Shown: piece after piece, positions 29,713 through 39,602 of the stretch | How positions within the stretch are numbered: the first letter of the stretch is position 1 | Layout of the letters: every line of letters starts with the position of its first letter | From: Obrimoposthia wandeli | Taxonomy: Eukaryota | Direction of reading: 5' to 3' | Length of the DNA: 64,000 nucleotides | Assembly (NCBI GenBank): GCA_977020255.1 | Contig: CDROCS010000253.1 | Coordinates: forward strand, 3,100,001 to 3,164,000 | Program-made: the position numbers and the translations under genes | Notes under the pieces: model-generated | Databases searched by the model: none | The model's input: the letters and a program-made list of their open reading frames with translations, nothing else | What the model was told of the DNA's origin: nothing

Positions 29713-30795
29713 ATGAAAGAAATTAAGACTAAAAAAGCCAAACACGTGCCTAAAATTAAATTAAAGACAAAACACCATTCAGTTGTAAAAAAGATCCAAC
29801 ACAAAAAAATTACGCCTGAAAAGCCCATTCAAGAGAAAATTGCTCCTGAGCCTGAAAAGCCAAAAGTGCGCTTTATCACTATCGATAGTGAGGATGCAGG
29901 GCAACGCATAGACAATTTTTTATTAAGAACGCTTAAAGGAGTCCCGAAAAGTCATCTTTACCGTTTATTGCGTAAAGGTGAGATAAGGGTTAATAAAAAG
30001 CGTATTAAACCTGTCTATAAATTATTGTTAAATGATGAAGTACGTATTGCGCCTATTAGAGTTTCAGAAGAAAAAGATGCTGTTTCTACTGGCCTAAATG
30101 TTGTTGCCAATTTAGAAAAACAAATACTTTTTGAAGATGATCGATTAATTGTTATTAATAAACCATCAGGTATGGCGGTACATGGCGGTAGCGGATTAAG
30201 CTTTGGATTAATTGAAGCACTACGTGCATTAAGACCTGATGCGCGAATGTTAGAACTTGTTCATCGCTTAGACCGAGATACTTCAGGTTGTTTACTCGTT
30301 GCTAAAAAACGTTCAACGTTGCGGCACTTACATGAACAATTTCGTGAAAAAAATGTACAGAAATTTTATCACGCTTTAGTGAAAGGTCATTGGCCGACTA
30401 AATTGACACGCGTTACTGAGTCACTTAAGAAAAACGATTTAAAGTCAGGCGAGCGCGTTGTCGTTGTTGATAATATAGATGGTAAAGAGTCTGAAACACG
30501 CTTTAGAGTCTTAGAACGCTATCGTGGTGCGACTTTAGTAAGGGCTTTTCCGGTAACCGGAAGGACACATCAAATACGTGTACATTGTCAAACGAGTGGT
30601 CACTCCATTGCGATGGATGCAAAATATGGCCATGAGGAGTTTGATGAGCAAATGAAGGATAAAGGATTAAAAAGACTTTTCTTACATGCCGCTAGTATTG
30701 AGTTCACTCACCCAAGTACAGAAGAGCGCTTAAAAATTGAAGCGCCGATGGAGACTAGCTTAGAGAAATTATTAACTAAGTTGGTTAAAGAATAA
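29713..30795 (+). CDS. rluC: 23S rRNA pseudouridine 955/2504/2580 synthase
   Basis: S4 domain GQRIDNFL, HRLDRDTSG, TGRTHQIRVH; divergent from rne; Lys-rich N-terminal extension. Confidence 0.95.
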   Translation: MKEIKTKKAKHVPKIKLKTKHHSVVKKIQHKKITPEKPIQEKIAPEPEKPKVRFITIDSEDAGQRIDNFLLRTLKGVPKSHLYRLLRKGEIRVNKKRIKPVYKLLLNDEVRIAPIRVSEEKDAVSTGLNVVANLEKQILFEDDRLIVINKPSGMAVHGGSGLSFGLIEALRALRPDARMLELVHRLDRDTSGCLLVAKKRSTLRHLHEQFREKNVQKFYHALVKGHWPTKLTRVTESLKKNDLKSGERVVVVDNIDGKESETRFRVLERYRGATLVRAFPVTGRTHQIRVHCQTSGHSIAMDAKYGHEEFDEQMKDKGLKRLFLHAASIEFTHPSTEERLKIEAPMETSLEKLLTKLVKE

Positions 30796-30800
30796 TCAAA

Positions 30801-31469
30801 ATGGCCGAGTACAAATTAGTTATTTTTGATTGGGACGGTACGTTGATGGACTCAATTGCTCGTATTGTTTCATCAATGCAAGCAGCAGCGCATCATTGTC
30901 AGCTAACTATACCGACAGTAAATAATGTAAAAAATATTATTGGCCTAAGTTTACCCAAAGCACTTGATATTTTATTCCCTGGAGCTTCTCAAACAGATAT
31001 AACCGCTTTGCTTGCGCAATACAAGTTTCAATATGTTGAAGGTGATAATACTCCTGCACCTTTATTTGAACATGCTCTGATGTTATTAAAGACACTTAAC
31101 GATAATAATAGACTGTTAGCTGTGGCAACAGGTAAAGGTCGCCAAGGTTTACAACGTGTCCTTTTAGATACCAAAACAGAACATTTTTTTCATGCGTCAT
31201 GCTGTGCCGATGAAGCTCGTTCTAAACCTGACCCTCAGATGTTATTAAGCTTATTAGCTGAGCTAGGGGTTACACCAGAGCAAGCCGTTATGATTGGCGA
31301 TACTAGCTATGATATGCAAATGGCTCAATCAGCTGGTGTTGATAGGATAGGTATTACTCTAGGCGTGCATGATAGGGACATATTAAACCGCTACCAGCCA
31401 GTAGCCATTGTTGACTCACTTGTTGAGTTGCAACAGTTATTATTACCCGTTTTAGTAGCGCACAGATAA
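30801..31469 (+). CDS. HAD-superfamily hydrolase (phosphoglycolate phosphatase-like)
   Basis: FDWDGTL, ATGK, KPDP, GDTSYD. Confidence 0.9.
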   Translation: MAEYKLVIFDWDGTLMDSIARIVSSMQAAAHHCQLTIPTVNNVKNIIGLSLPKALDILFPGASQTDITALLAQYKFQYVEGDNTPAPLFEHALMLLKTLNDNNRLLAVATGKGRQGLQRVLLDTKTEHFFHASCCADEARSKPDPQMLLSLLAELGVTPEQAVMIGDTSYDMQMAQSAGVDRIGITLGVHDRDILNRYQPVAIVDSLVELQQLLLPVLVAHR

Positions 31470-31485
31470 TGATGTAGTATTCTTT

Positions 31486-31517
31486 AAAAGAGGTAGCTAG
31501 TACTAGCTACCTCTTTT
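31486..31517. terminator. 32-bp perfect palindrome
   Basis: AAAAGAGGTAGCTAGT|ACTAGCTACCTCTTTT. Confidence 0.7.
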
Positions 31518-31521
31518 GATT

Positions 31522-31835
31522 TATACCCGTTCCACTTGAAGATGCTCGTTTCAGGACGTCTGAGCAATTTATATTTAAGGCGCATTTTTTTATTAAGGGT
31601 CATCTCTTAAAAAGAAAGGTAACGCAGAGTATTATTTGCTCAGCCTTCCCCAAGGGGCTGGTTTAGAAACGCTTTATACTGCGTTATTGATTTCGACAAT
31701 AACGCTACATGGATGTAGCTTATTAGAGAATGCAGGAGCATATTCTCCTGAATAACTATTCTCTTCAATCAATGTCTTACCTAAAGGCGTTTCTAATGCC
31801 AGCTGAATCATGTATCTTCAAGTGGAGCGGGTATA
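31522..31835 (-). mobile_element. ERIC-like MITE copy C (314 bp, inverted)
   Basis: Reverse complement of A/B with the same TIRs. Confidence 0.9.
31702..31749 (+). mobile_element. Nested 48-nt micro-element with two GGA-loop hairpins
   Basis: ACGCTACATGGATGTAGCTTATTAGAGAATGCAGGAGCATATTCTCCT|GAAT; removing it restores the copy A host sequence exactly. Confidence 0.85.
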
Positions 31836-31850
31836 TTACGTCGAAATGTA

Positions 31851-32453
31851 TTAATCAGCCAAGTTACTTTGCTCGGCTAATACATCGATACCGTGTTGCT
31901 TTAATAGTGCAACAAGCTTTATTAACGGTAGTCCTATTAAGGTATTTGGATCATCCCCTTCAAGTTTACTAAATAAACAGATACCTAAGCCTTCACTTTT
32001 AAAACTACCTGCACAATTATAAGGTTGCTCAGCATTGAGGTAATTGGCTATATCTTCTTGGCTCAGTTGATTGAAATGCACGATAAAAGGTTCAACTAAA
32101 GCAATTGCTTTATCTTTTTCACTGTCATAAACACACAGACCCGTATAGAAAGTAATACTTTTACCACTAAACTTACTTAATTGAACAACAGCATTATTAA
32201 AGTTATGAGGCTTCCCTAAAATCTCTCCTTCACATACAGCTACCTGATCTGACCCTATAATTAAAGCATTTGGATATTCTGCTTTAACCGCTTTTGCTTT
32301 TTCTATGGCGAGTCGTTCAACTAAACGTTGAGGTGATTCATCTTCTTTTTCTGTTTCATCAATATCAGGCTTTGCACAGTGAAAAGGTAAGTTGAGCTTT
32401 TCTAAAATAGTTTTACGAAATGGAGAAGTGGATCCAAGCACTAAGGTTTTCAT
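31851..32453 (-). CDS. yceF: Maf-family nucleotide pyrophosphatase (YceF)
   Basis: LGSTSPFR, IDE, EKA, GSDQV, GKP, CAGSFKSEG. Confidence 0.9.
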   Translation of the reverse strand: MKTLVLGSTSPFRKTILEKLNLPFHCAKPDIDETEKEDESPQRLVERLAIEKAKAVKAEYPNALIIGSDQVAVCEGEILGKPHNFNNAVVQLSKFSGKSITFYTGLCVYDSEKDKAIALVEPFIVHFNQLSQEDIANYLNAEQPYNCAGSFKSEGLGICLFSKLEGDDPNTLIGLPLIKLVALLKQHGIDVLAEQSNLAD

Positions 32454-32711
32454 ATTTACCTCTTATATAGATTCTTTTAAAGTAGTCCGTTTGCTATAAT
32501 ACCATTGGAATAAAGAAGTAAGCACTTTCTTATTACAAGTTAGTATTAAGTCGCTATAGTGGACAATATTGCTTACTTTAATCACGGTTGTTGTCTAAAC
32601 AAACAATTATTAGACAATTGTTGTTAATATTGAGTCTATCTTGAGCTTTTAAACAAAATAGTGCAATTTTCTTTTGACACTTGCCTGTAGGGACTATAAT
32701 ATGCGCGCCTT

Positions 32712-33224
32712 ATGCAGAATCTTAAACTTCCAATAACAATTAATCCATCCCGTAGCGCGCAACGCAGACTTGTGTGCGAGGGTGTGTGTCAATTGTCGGA
32801 TATGACTCGACTGCTTACTGAATGCGAAAGCAGAAGTGAGCATGTTCAAGTTAGTGTTAAGTTTGATGTAGATGAACGTGGTTTGACTGTAATGTCTGGT
32901 ACGAGCTCTACATTAGTTGCATTAACTTGTCAGCGGTGTAACGAAAATTTTGATCAGTTACTTGAAGTAGAGTTTACTTTTAGTCCGGCCAAAAATGAGG
33001 AAGCAGCTGAGAAAATTCCGTCATATTATGACGTAGTAGAATTAGATGAAAATGGCGAAGTAAACTTACGTGAATTAGTGGAAGAAGAGTTAATGCTCAT
33101 GATCCCATTAATTCCACGGCACAAAATTCAAGATTGTTCAGCAGCTGCTGATTCAGTTTGGGGCAAGTTGCCAGAAGAGGTTGAGAAGCCAAACCCATTT
33201 GATATATTAAAACAATTCAAATAG
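32712..33224 (+). CDS. yceD: 23S rRNA accumulation protein (DUF177)
   Basis: CQRC motif, NPF tail, directly upstream of rpmF. Confidence 0.92.
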   Translation: MQNLKLPITINPSRSAQRRLVCEGVCQLSDMTRLLTECESRSEHVQVSVKFDVDERGLTVMSGTSSTLVALTCQRCNENFDQLLEVEFTFSPAKNEEAAEKIPSYYDVVELDENGEVNLRELVEEELMLMIPLIPRHKIQDCSAAADSVWGKLPEEVEKPNPFDILKQFK

Positions 33225-33272
33225 TTAATAAGCATAAAGCCCTTTAACTTATAACCTGTTCAGGAGTAACTC

Positions 33273-33443
33273 ATGGCAGTACAAAAAAGTAAAAAATCGC
33301 GTTCAAGACGTGGCATGCGCCGTTCACATGATGCATTAACAGTAGAAAACTTATCAGTAGATCCAGTATCAGGTGAAACGCATCGTCGTCACCATATAAC
33401 TGCTGATGGCTTTTACAAAGGCGTTAAAGTAATCGCTGTATAG
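33273..33443 (+). CDS. rpmF: 50S ribosomal protein L32 (no Zn-ribbon cysteines)
   Basis: Below the track cutoff; [22 protein letters not shown]...[21 protein letters not shown]. Confidence 0.97.
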   Translation: MAVQKSKKSRSRRGMRRSHDALTVENLSVDPVSGETHRRHHITADGFYKGVKVIAV

Positions 33444-33484
33444 CGATTACTTCGTTATAGAAACATATTTTAAGCTTACCTCGT

Positions 33485-34534
33485 TTGAGCTTAAATAGTG
33501 ATCTAACCATAGCGTTAGATGTTATGGGGGGCGACCAAGGCCCCTTTATAACTATATCCTCAGCAATAATGGCTATTAATAAACAGCCTAATTTACACCT
33601 TATTCTTTGTGGTGATGAACCCATCATTACAGAAACCCTTGCCCACTTTGATATTTCCCAAGAAAATCTAGCTACTCATAAACAGTTAAGCCTTTTTCCG
33701 ACCACTCAAGTTGTTTTAATGTCGGATAAACCTATTGTCGCGCTAAGAACTAAAAAAAATTCATCAATGCGTAAAGCGCTTGATTTAGTTCATGAAGGCC
33801 GTGCACAGGCTTGTGTCAGTGCGGGCAATACTGGCGCACTATTATCTATGGCACATTTTGTGTTAAAGAATATCCCGGGAGTAGAACGCCCAGCATTAAT
33901 TTCATCATTACCTACCCATGATAAAGATAAACATGTTTTTATGCTTGATTTGGGCGCCAATGTTTTTTGTGACTCCCATGTATTATACCAATTTGGTGTG
34001 ATGGGCTCAGTAATGGCTGAACATGTGGATGGTATTAGTAAACCGCGTATTGCTTTACTTAATATGGGTGAAGAATCCATTAAAGGCAGCGATCATATAA
34101 AACTCGCGGCACTCGAATTGACTGAAAATAAAGATATTAACTATGTTGGTTTTATTGAAGGTTGTGACATTTTTTCCAATAAAGCCGATGTCATTGTCTG
34201 CGATGGTTTTGTCGGTAATGTGGCACTAAAAACTTGTGAAGGTGTCGCTCGGTTAGTTTATCAAAAATCTAAAACAGCTTTTAGTGCCAGCTTACTGGCT
34301 AAACTATTTGGCTCACTACTTAAACCAAGCTTCAAAAAACTGTTCAAAACCATGAACCCCGACCAGTACAACGGTGCAAGTTTGATAGGATTACGCGGTA
34401 TAGTAGTTAAGAGTCATGGGAATGCTAATTCAGGCGCTTTTTTAGCAGCAATAGAAGAAGCCGTAAAAGAAGTTGAAAGACAAGTGCCTGAGAGAATTAA
34501 AACCTCATTAGAACAAGGCTTTACTTGCCGCTAA
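33485..34534 (+). CDS. plsX: Phosphate acyltransferase PlsX
   Basis: ALDVMGGD, SAGNTGA, ERPAL, DLGAN, CDGFVGNVALK, KSHG. Confidence 0.95.
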   Translation: MSLNSDLTIALDVMGGDQGPFITISSAIMAINKQPNLHLILCGDEPIITETLAHFDISQENLATHKQLSLFPTTQVVLMSDKPIVALRTKKNSSMRKALDLVHEGRAQACVSAGNTGALLSMAHFVLKNIPGVERPALISSLPTHDKDKHVFMLDLGANVFCDSHVLYQFGVMGSVMAEHVDGISKPRIALLNMGEESIKGSDHIKLAALELTENKDINYVGFIEGCDIFSNKADVIVCDGFVGNVALKTCEGVARLVYQKSKTAFSASLLAKLFGSLLKPSFKKLFKTMNPDQYNGASLIGLRGIVVKSHGNANSGAFLAAIEEAVKEVERQVPERIKTSLEQGFTCR

Positions 34535-34795
34535 CCATGCTTTACTTAGTGGAAAATAATTTCTACTATATTATCTTTTCCCAAATTAATAATATCCAAA
34601 TCGACGTATTTAGACTGAACTCTGCTTAAGAGATAGTTAATGTATTGAATTATGATACTTAAGTTGCTTTAATATCTCTAGCTTGCCTATTACAAGTGCT
34701 TTTAACAAAGAAGTCAGTAAAATAGCTGCTAGAGAAATATTTATTAAGCAGCGTTCAGGTTATTTACTTAAAAAAAATTTAAATAGAGTATCAAT

Positions 34796-35734
34796 ATGCA
34801 AAATAAATTAGCCTTCATTTTTCCAGGGCAGGGCTCACAAACTGTTGCCATGCTCAGTGACTTTGCAGAAAATAGTATTGTACAAGCAACCTTTGAAGAA
34901 GCTTCAAAGGCCTTAGGTTATGATTTATGGCAATTAGTTGCTCAAGGTCCAGCAGAAAAACTTAATCAAACTAATTTCACCCAACCAGCATTATTAACTG
35001 CTAGTGTTGCTTTGTGGCGAGTGTGGCAAGCAGAGTCGACAGTGACACCTGATATTATGGCTGGCCATAGTTTAGGTGAGTATTCAGCGCTTGTGTGTGC
35101 AGGTGTATTTTCGCTCAGCGATGCGGTTGTATTAGTTGAAAAGCGTGGTGAGTTCATGCAAGCCTGTGTTCCTGCTGGTGTTGGTGCCATGGCTGCGGTT
35201 ATTGGTTTGGCTGATGAAGACATCATTAATGCTTGTGATAAGGCAAAGGAAACTCAAGTTGTTTCAGCAGTAAACTTTAATTCCCCAGGTCAGGTTGTTA
35301 TTGCGGGTCATAAAGAAGCCGTTGAACGTGCTGGAGTGTTATGTAAAGCCGCAGGGGCAAAGCGTGTTTTACCCTTGCCAGTAAGCGTACCATCGCATTG
35401 TGCTTTAATGAGCGACGCGGCGATTAAGTTGGCGGTTGAATTAGATAAGGTTACTTTTAATGAACCGGTAATTAATGTTGTTAACAATGTTAATGTAGCA
35501 AAAGAAACATCAAGTTCAGCAATAAAATCAGCACTAGTTAAGCAATTATATTCGCCTGTACGTTGGAGTGAAACTATTACTCTGCTAGCAAATGATGGTA
35601 TAGAGAAAGTGGTTGAAGTAGGCCCGGGTAAAGTATTACAAGGCTTGAACAAGCGTATAAATAAATCACTACGCAGTGTGAGCTTTAATACCACGGACTC
35701 GTTGCAACAGGCAAAAGATTTAATTAATAGTTAG
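34796..35734 (+). CDS. fabD: Malonyl-CoA:ACP transacylase
   Basis: FPGQGSQ, GHSLGEY, NFNSPGQ, PSHC. Confidence 0.97.
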   Translation: MQNKLAFIFPGQGSQTVAMLSDFAENSIVQATFEEASKALGYDLWQLVAQGPAEKLNQTNFTQPALLTASVALWRVWQAESTVTPDIMAGHSLGEYSALVCAGVFSLSDAVVLVEKRGEFMQACVPAGVGAMAAVIGLADEDIINACDKAKETQVVSAVNFNSPGQVVIAGHKEAVERAGVLCKAAGAKRVLPLPVSVPSHCALMSDAAIKLAVELDKVTFNEPVINVVNNVNVAKETSSSAIKSALVKQLYSPVRWSETITLLANDGIEKVVEVGPGKVLQGLNKRINKSLRSVSFNTTDSLQQAKDLINS

Positions 35735-35842
35735 GTTTTATTATAACTAAGTAATCATAAATCAGTTCAATAAAATTTACATCAATGATGCACTCTCTTG
35801 TATAGCAAGGCGCATTATAAAATAAAAATAGTAGGTAACAAT

Positions 35843-36589
35843 ATGTTTTCTTTAGAAGGTAAAGTCGCTTTAGTCACTGGTGCAAGCCGTGGTATTGGTA
35901 AAGCAATAGCAACACAATTACAGTCACTTGGTGCAACAGTCATTGGTACCGCGACATCAGAAAAGGGTGCCAATAACATAACTGAGTATTTAACTGCTGA
36001 TAACGGTAGTGGTATGGGTTTGGTACTAAACGTGACCAGTGATGAATCAATCGCTGAAATGTTTTTAGCTATTAAAGCAACACATGGCTCCATTGATATT
36101 CTAGTCAATAATGCTGGTATCACCCGTGATAATTTATTTATGCGTATGAAAGATGATGAGTGGTCAGACATTATTGAAACTAACTTAACGTCTGTTTTCA
36201 AAGTAAGTAAAGCTGCTATTCGTCCGATGATGAAGAAGCGCACTGGTCGTATTATCAATATCGGCTCTGTTGTAGGTACAATGGGTAATGCTGGCCAAGT
36301 TAACTATGCAACAGCTAAAGCGGGCTTGTTAGGTTTTACTAAAGCTTTAGCACGTGAAGTTGCTTCGCGTGGTATTACTGTCAATACAGTTTCACCAGGC
36401 TTTATAGATACAGATATGACACAAACGCTAACTGATGAACAAAAAGAAGGGATTTTTTCACAAGTTCCTGCTAATCGTTTAGGTAAGCCAGAAGAAATAG
36501 CGAGTACAGTGGCCTTTTTAGCATCCGATGCTGCTGCTTATGTTACTGGTGAAACAATCCACGTTAATGGTGGTATGTATATGGTGTAA
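35843..36589 (+). CDS. fabG: 3-oxoacyl-ACP reductase
   Basis: TGASRGIG, NNAGIT, YATAK; ATG at 35843. Confidence 0.97.
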   Translation: MFSLEGKVALVTGASRGIGKAIATQLQSLGATVIGTATSEKGANNITEYLTADNGSGMGLVLNVTSDESIAEMFLAIKATHGSIDILVNNAGITRDNLFMRMKDDEWSDIIETNLTSVFKVSKAAIRPMMKKRTGRIINIGSVVGTMGNAGQVNYATAKAGLLGFTKALAREVASRGITVNTVSPGFIDTDMTQTLTDEQKEGIFSQVPANRLGKPEEIASTVAFLASDAAAYVTGETIHVNGGMYMV

Positions 36590-36749
36590 GCCTTGTTTTT
36601 TAAGGCTTACATTGTTTTTTAATCATATTTTTCAATACTTCAACAGGTTAGACCAGCTTAAAAAAGTGAATTAGTTACTTGCATGGCAAGCTGTTGACGA
36701 ATACACTACATCCAATTTGAAAAAATGCACTTTCAGTAAAGGAAATAAA

Positions 36750-36983
36750 ATGAGTAATATCGAAGAACGCGTAAAAAAAATCACAGTTGAACAGCTAGGT
36801 GTTAGTGAAGCAGAAGTAAAAATTGATTCATCATTTGTTGATGACTTAGGTGCTGACTCATTAGACACTGTTGAATTAGTTATGGCGTTAGAAGAAGAAT
36901 TTGATACTGAAATTCCTGACGAAGAAGCTGAAAAAATTACAACAGTTCAAGCAGCAATTGATTACGTTACTGCTAACCAGTAA
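36750..36983 (+). CDS. acpP: Acyl carrier protein
   Basis: [10 protein letters not shown]...[14 protein letters not shown]. Confidence 0.98.
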   Translation: MSNIEERVKKITVEQLGVSEAEVKIDSSFVDDLGADSLDTVELVMALEEEFDTEIPDEEAEKITTVQAAIDYVTANQ

Positions 36984-37023
36984 TTGTTAATAAGTTCGAT
37001 ATTATCGGGCTTAGTAAAATAAT

Positions 37024-37063
37024 AAAAGCGGTATACTTAATTGCAAGTGACCGCTTTTTTTTT
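37024..37063 (+). terminator. acpP terminator
   Basis: AAAAGCGGT...ACCGCTTTTTTTTT. Confidence 0.75.
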
Positions 37064-37355
37064 ATCTTTAAGATGACGATATTACTCAATAGAAGATAAA
37101 TCCCCCGCATAAATAATTCTCGCTAAATGCGCATTTTTATAAGGGTTGGTATAATATTGAGTAATACCATTTGGATTAATTAAGGTTACAGAATTCAATG
37201 AGAATAAATTTTCAAGAACAAGACGCTTGATTGAGCAATAGCTAGCTATTGGAATTGAAAGCAACAACGTTATTGGATATTTAGGTCATTTGAAAATGTT
37301 CACTTAGTTGGTGCTATTGGTATAATACATTTAATTTTTCGGAGGCCGCTCTGTT

Positions 37356-38594
37356 ATGAGACGTGTAGTAGTTACTGGCATTGGCATGCTTAGCCCATTA
37401 GCCAACACCGCAGAAGAAACATGGCAAAACCTGCTACTTGGTAAAAGTGGTATAGCTAATATTGATCATTTTGATACCACAGATTATCCTACTAAATTTG
37501 CTGGCTTAGTAAAAGACTTTGATGCCCAAAATTATATGGAACGAAAAGAAGCCAAAAAAATGGATCTTTTCATTCAATATGGTATTGCAGCGGGTGTACA
37601 AGCTTTTAAAGACTCAGGTCTTGAAGTTACGGAACAAAATGCACCACGTATTGGTGTTGCTATTGGCTCTGGCATTGGCGGTTTAGGCTTAATTGAGCAA
37701 AACCATAACAAGCTGATTAAAGCAGAAGGTAATCCACGTAAGTTATCACCATTTTTTGTGCCATCAACTATTATTAATATGATTGCGGGTCACTTATCAA
37801 TTATGTTTGGTCTACAAGGTCCTAATATTGCGATAACGACTGCATGTACTAGTGGCGTTCATAACATTGGCCATGCTGCCCGTATGATTGCTTACGGTGA
37901 TGCTGATGCTGTTGTTGCCGGTGGTGCTGAAAAAGCTTCCACTACCTTAGGTATGGGCGGCTTTGGTGCTGCACGCGCTTTATCTCGTCGAAATGATGAC
38001 CCTGAAGCGGCATCTCGTCCTTGGGACAAAGACCGTGATGGTTTTGTTCTTGGTGATGGCGCTGGTGTTATCGTTGTTGAAGAATATGAACACGCTAAAG
38101 CCCGTGGCGCAAAAATTTATGCTGAGCTTGTTGGTTTTGGTATGAGTGGCGATGCTTATCATATGACATCACCACCTGAAAATGGTGATGGCGCAGCACG
38201 TGCTATGCAAAATGCAATTAACGATGCAAAAGTAAATATTAGCAAAATTGGTTACATCAATGCTCACGGTACTTCTACACAAGCGGGTGATATGGCAGAA
38301 ACTAATGCGGTTAAAACTGTATTTGGTGCTGGTGCATACGATGTTATGATGGGTTCTACCAAGTCAATGACGGGGCATTTGTTAGGCGCAGCAGGCGCTG
38401 TTGAAGCTATTTTCAGCATCCAAGCACTAATGAACAACCAAGTTCCACCAACAATTAATTTAGATAACCCTGATAAAGGCTGTGATCTAGACTATATTGC
38501 GGGTGCAGCACGTGATGTTGAGCTTGAATATGTGCTTTGTAATTCATTTGGCTTTGGCGGCACAAACGGCTCATTAATATTTAAGAAAATTTAA
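37356..38594 (+). CDS. fabF: 3-oxoacyl-ACP synthase II
   Basis: [30 protein letters not shown]. Confidence 0.97.
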   Translation: MRRVVVTGIGMLSPLANTAEETWQNLLLGKSGIANIDHFDTTDYPTKFAGLVKDFDAQNYMERKEAKKMDLFIQYGIAAGVQAFKDSGLEVTEQNAPRIGVAIGSGIGGLGLIEQNHNKLIKAEGNPRKLSPFFVPSTIINMIAGHLSIMFGLQGPNIAITTACTSGVHNIGHAARMIAYGDADAVVAGGAEKASTTLGMGGFGAARALSRRNDDPEAASRPWDKDRDGFVLGDGAGVIVVEEYEHAKARGAKIYAELVGFGMSGDAYHMTSPPENGDGAARAMQNAINDAKVNISKIGYINAHGTSTQAGDMAETNAVKTVFGAGAYDVMMGSTKSMTGHLLGAAGAVEAIFSIQALMNNQVPPTINLDNPDKGCDLDYIAGAARDVELEYVLCNSFGFGGTNGSLIFKKI

Positions 38595-38747
38595 TTTTCT
38601 TAAATTTTTTAAGTCTCTTTGTTCACAAGTCGTTTAAACGATTTTATAAAGAATGAGTAAGCCTGAATACGAACCTCTATGGCGAGGAAGTCTTCAGGCT
38701 TTTTTATGTCAATTAATTTTATATTATAAATAATGTAGTGACACTCA

Positions 38748-39554
38748 ATGAAATATTGCTCGGTAAATGGTCAACAACAATTAGATATAGCGGTTACTGA
38801 AAGAGGGCTAGCTTATGGTGATGGCCTATTTACCACTGCTAAAATCGTTAATGGCAAAGTGGTCTTATTAGAAAAACATATTGAGCGATTAGCCAAGGGT
38901 TGCCAGCAATTAAAAATTCAAGCACCATCTCTTAATAGTTTAAGAAAACAGTTGGGATCAGTTGCTAAAGATTATTCGCTAGCGGTATTAAAGGTGATGA
39001 TCACTGCAGGCAGTGGTGGCAGAGGCTACTCCCGTGTAGGGTTAAGTGAGAGTGCTACAAACATAATTATCATGATATCTGATTTCCCTAATCATTATGA
39101 AAACCTCGCCTATCAGGGCGTTAACTTAGGTGATAGTCAACAGCAGATTGCGACTAGTTCAATGCTAGGAGGAATTAAACATCTTAATAGACTTGAGCAA
39201 GTATTATTAAGAACTGAACTTGATGAGCGCAGCGAAGATGATCTCATTGTTACTAATTGCCAAGGTAATGTTATTGAGGCGACAAGTTCAAATTTATTCT
39301 ATTGGCTGAACGAACAGTTATCCACCCCTGAAATATCAACATCAGGCGTTGATGGTATTATCAGGCAGACGATTATAACTAATAACCCTCAAGTAAAAGT
39401 ATGCCAAACTAATCTTGATGATCTTAAACAAGCACACGCCATGTTTATCTGTAATTCTTTGATGGGCATCATACCGGTAAAAACGTACAATAATCGCCTA
39501 CTTGCTGTTGATGTTGTCTTGAAGCTTCAAAGACAAATGAAAGGGTTTATCTAA
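38748..39554 (+). CDS. pabC: Aminodeoxychorismate lyase
   Basis: RGLAYGDGLFTT, GSGGRGY, KHLNRLEQV; syntenic. Confidence 0.93.
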   Translation: MKYCSVNGQQQLDIAVTERGLAYGDGLFTTAKIVNGKVVLLEKHIERLAKGCQQLKIQAPSLNSLRKQLGSVAKDYSLAVLKVMITAGSGGRGYSRVGLSESATNIIIMISDFPNHYENLAYQGVNLGDSQQQIATSSMLGGIKHLNRLEQVLLRTELDERSEDDLIVTNCQGNVIEATSSNLFYWLNEQLSTPEISTSGVDGIIRQTIITNNPQVKVCQTNLDDLKQAHAMFICNSLMGIIPVKTYNNRLLAVDVVLKLQRQMKGFI

Positions 39555-39602
39555 CCGACTTTTTTAGTCGTTTTTATAGTCATTATTTATTAAGGACAAA
39601 GC

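Noticed and set aside
31730-31972. 80-aa ORF, and the 72-aa ORF at 5653-5871
   Set aside because: Derived largely from repeat sequence and overlap real genes.
37082-37200. 11-bp inverted repeat and TATACC-like ends between acpP and fabF
   Set aside because: Possibly an eroded MITE, but boundaries could not be defined.
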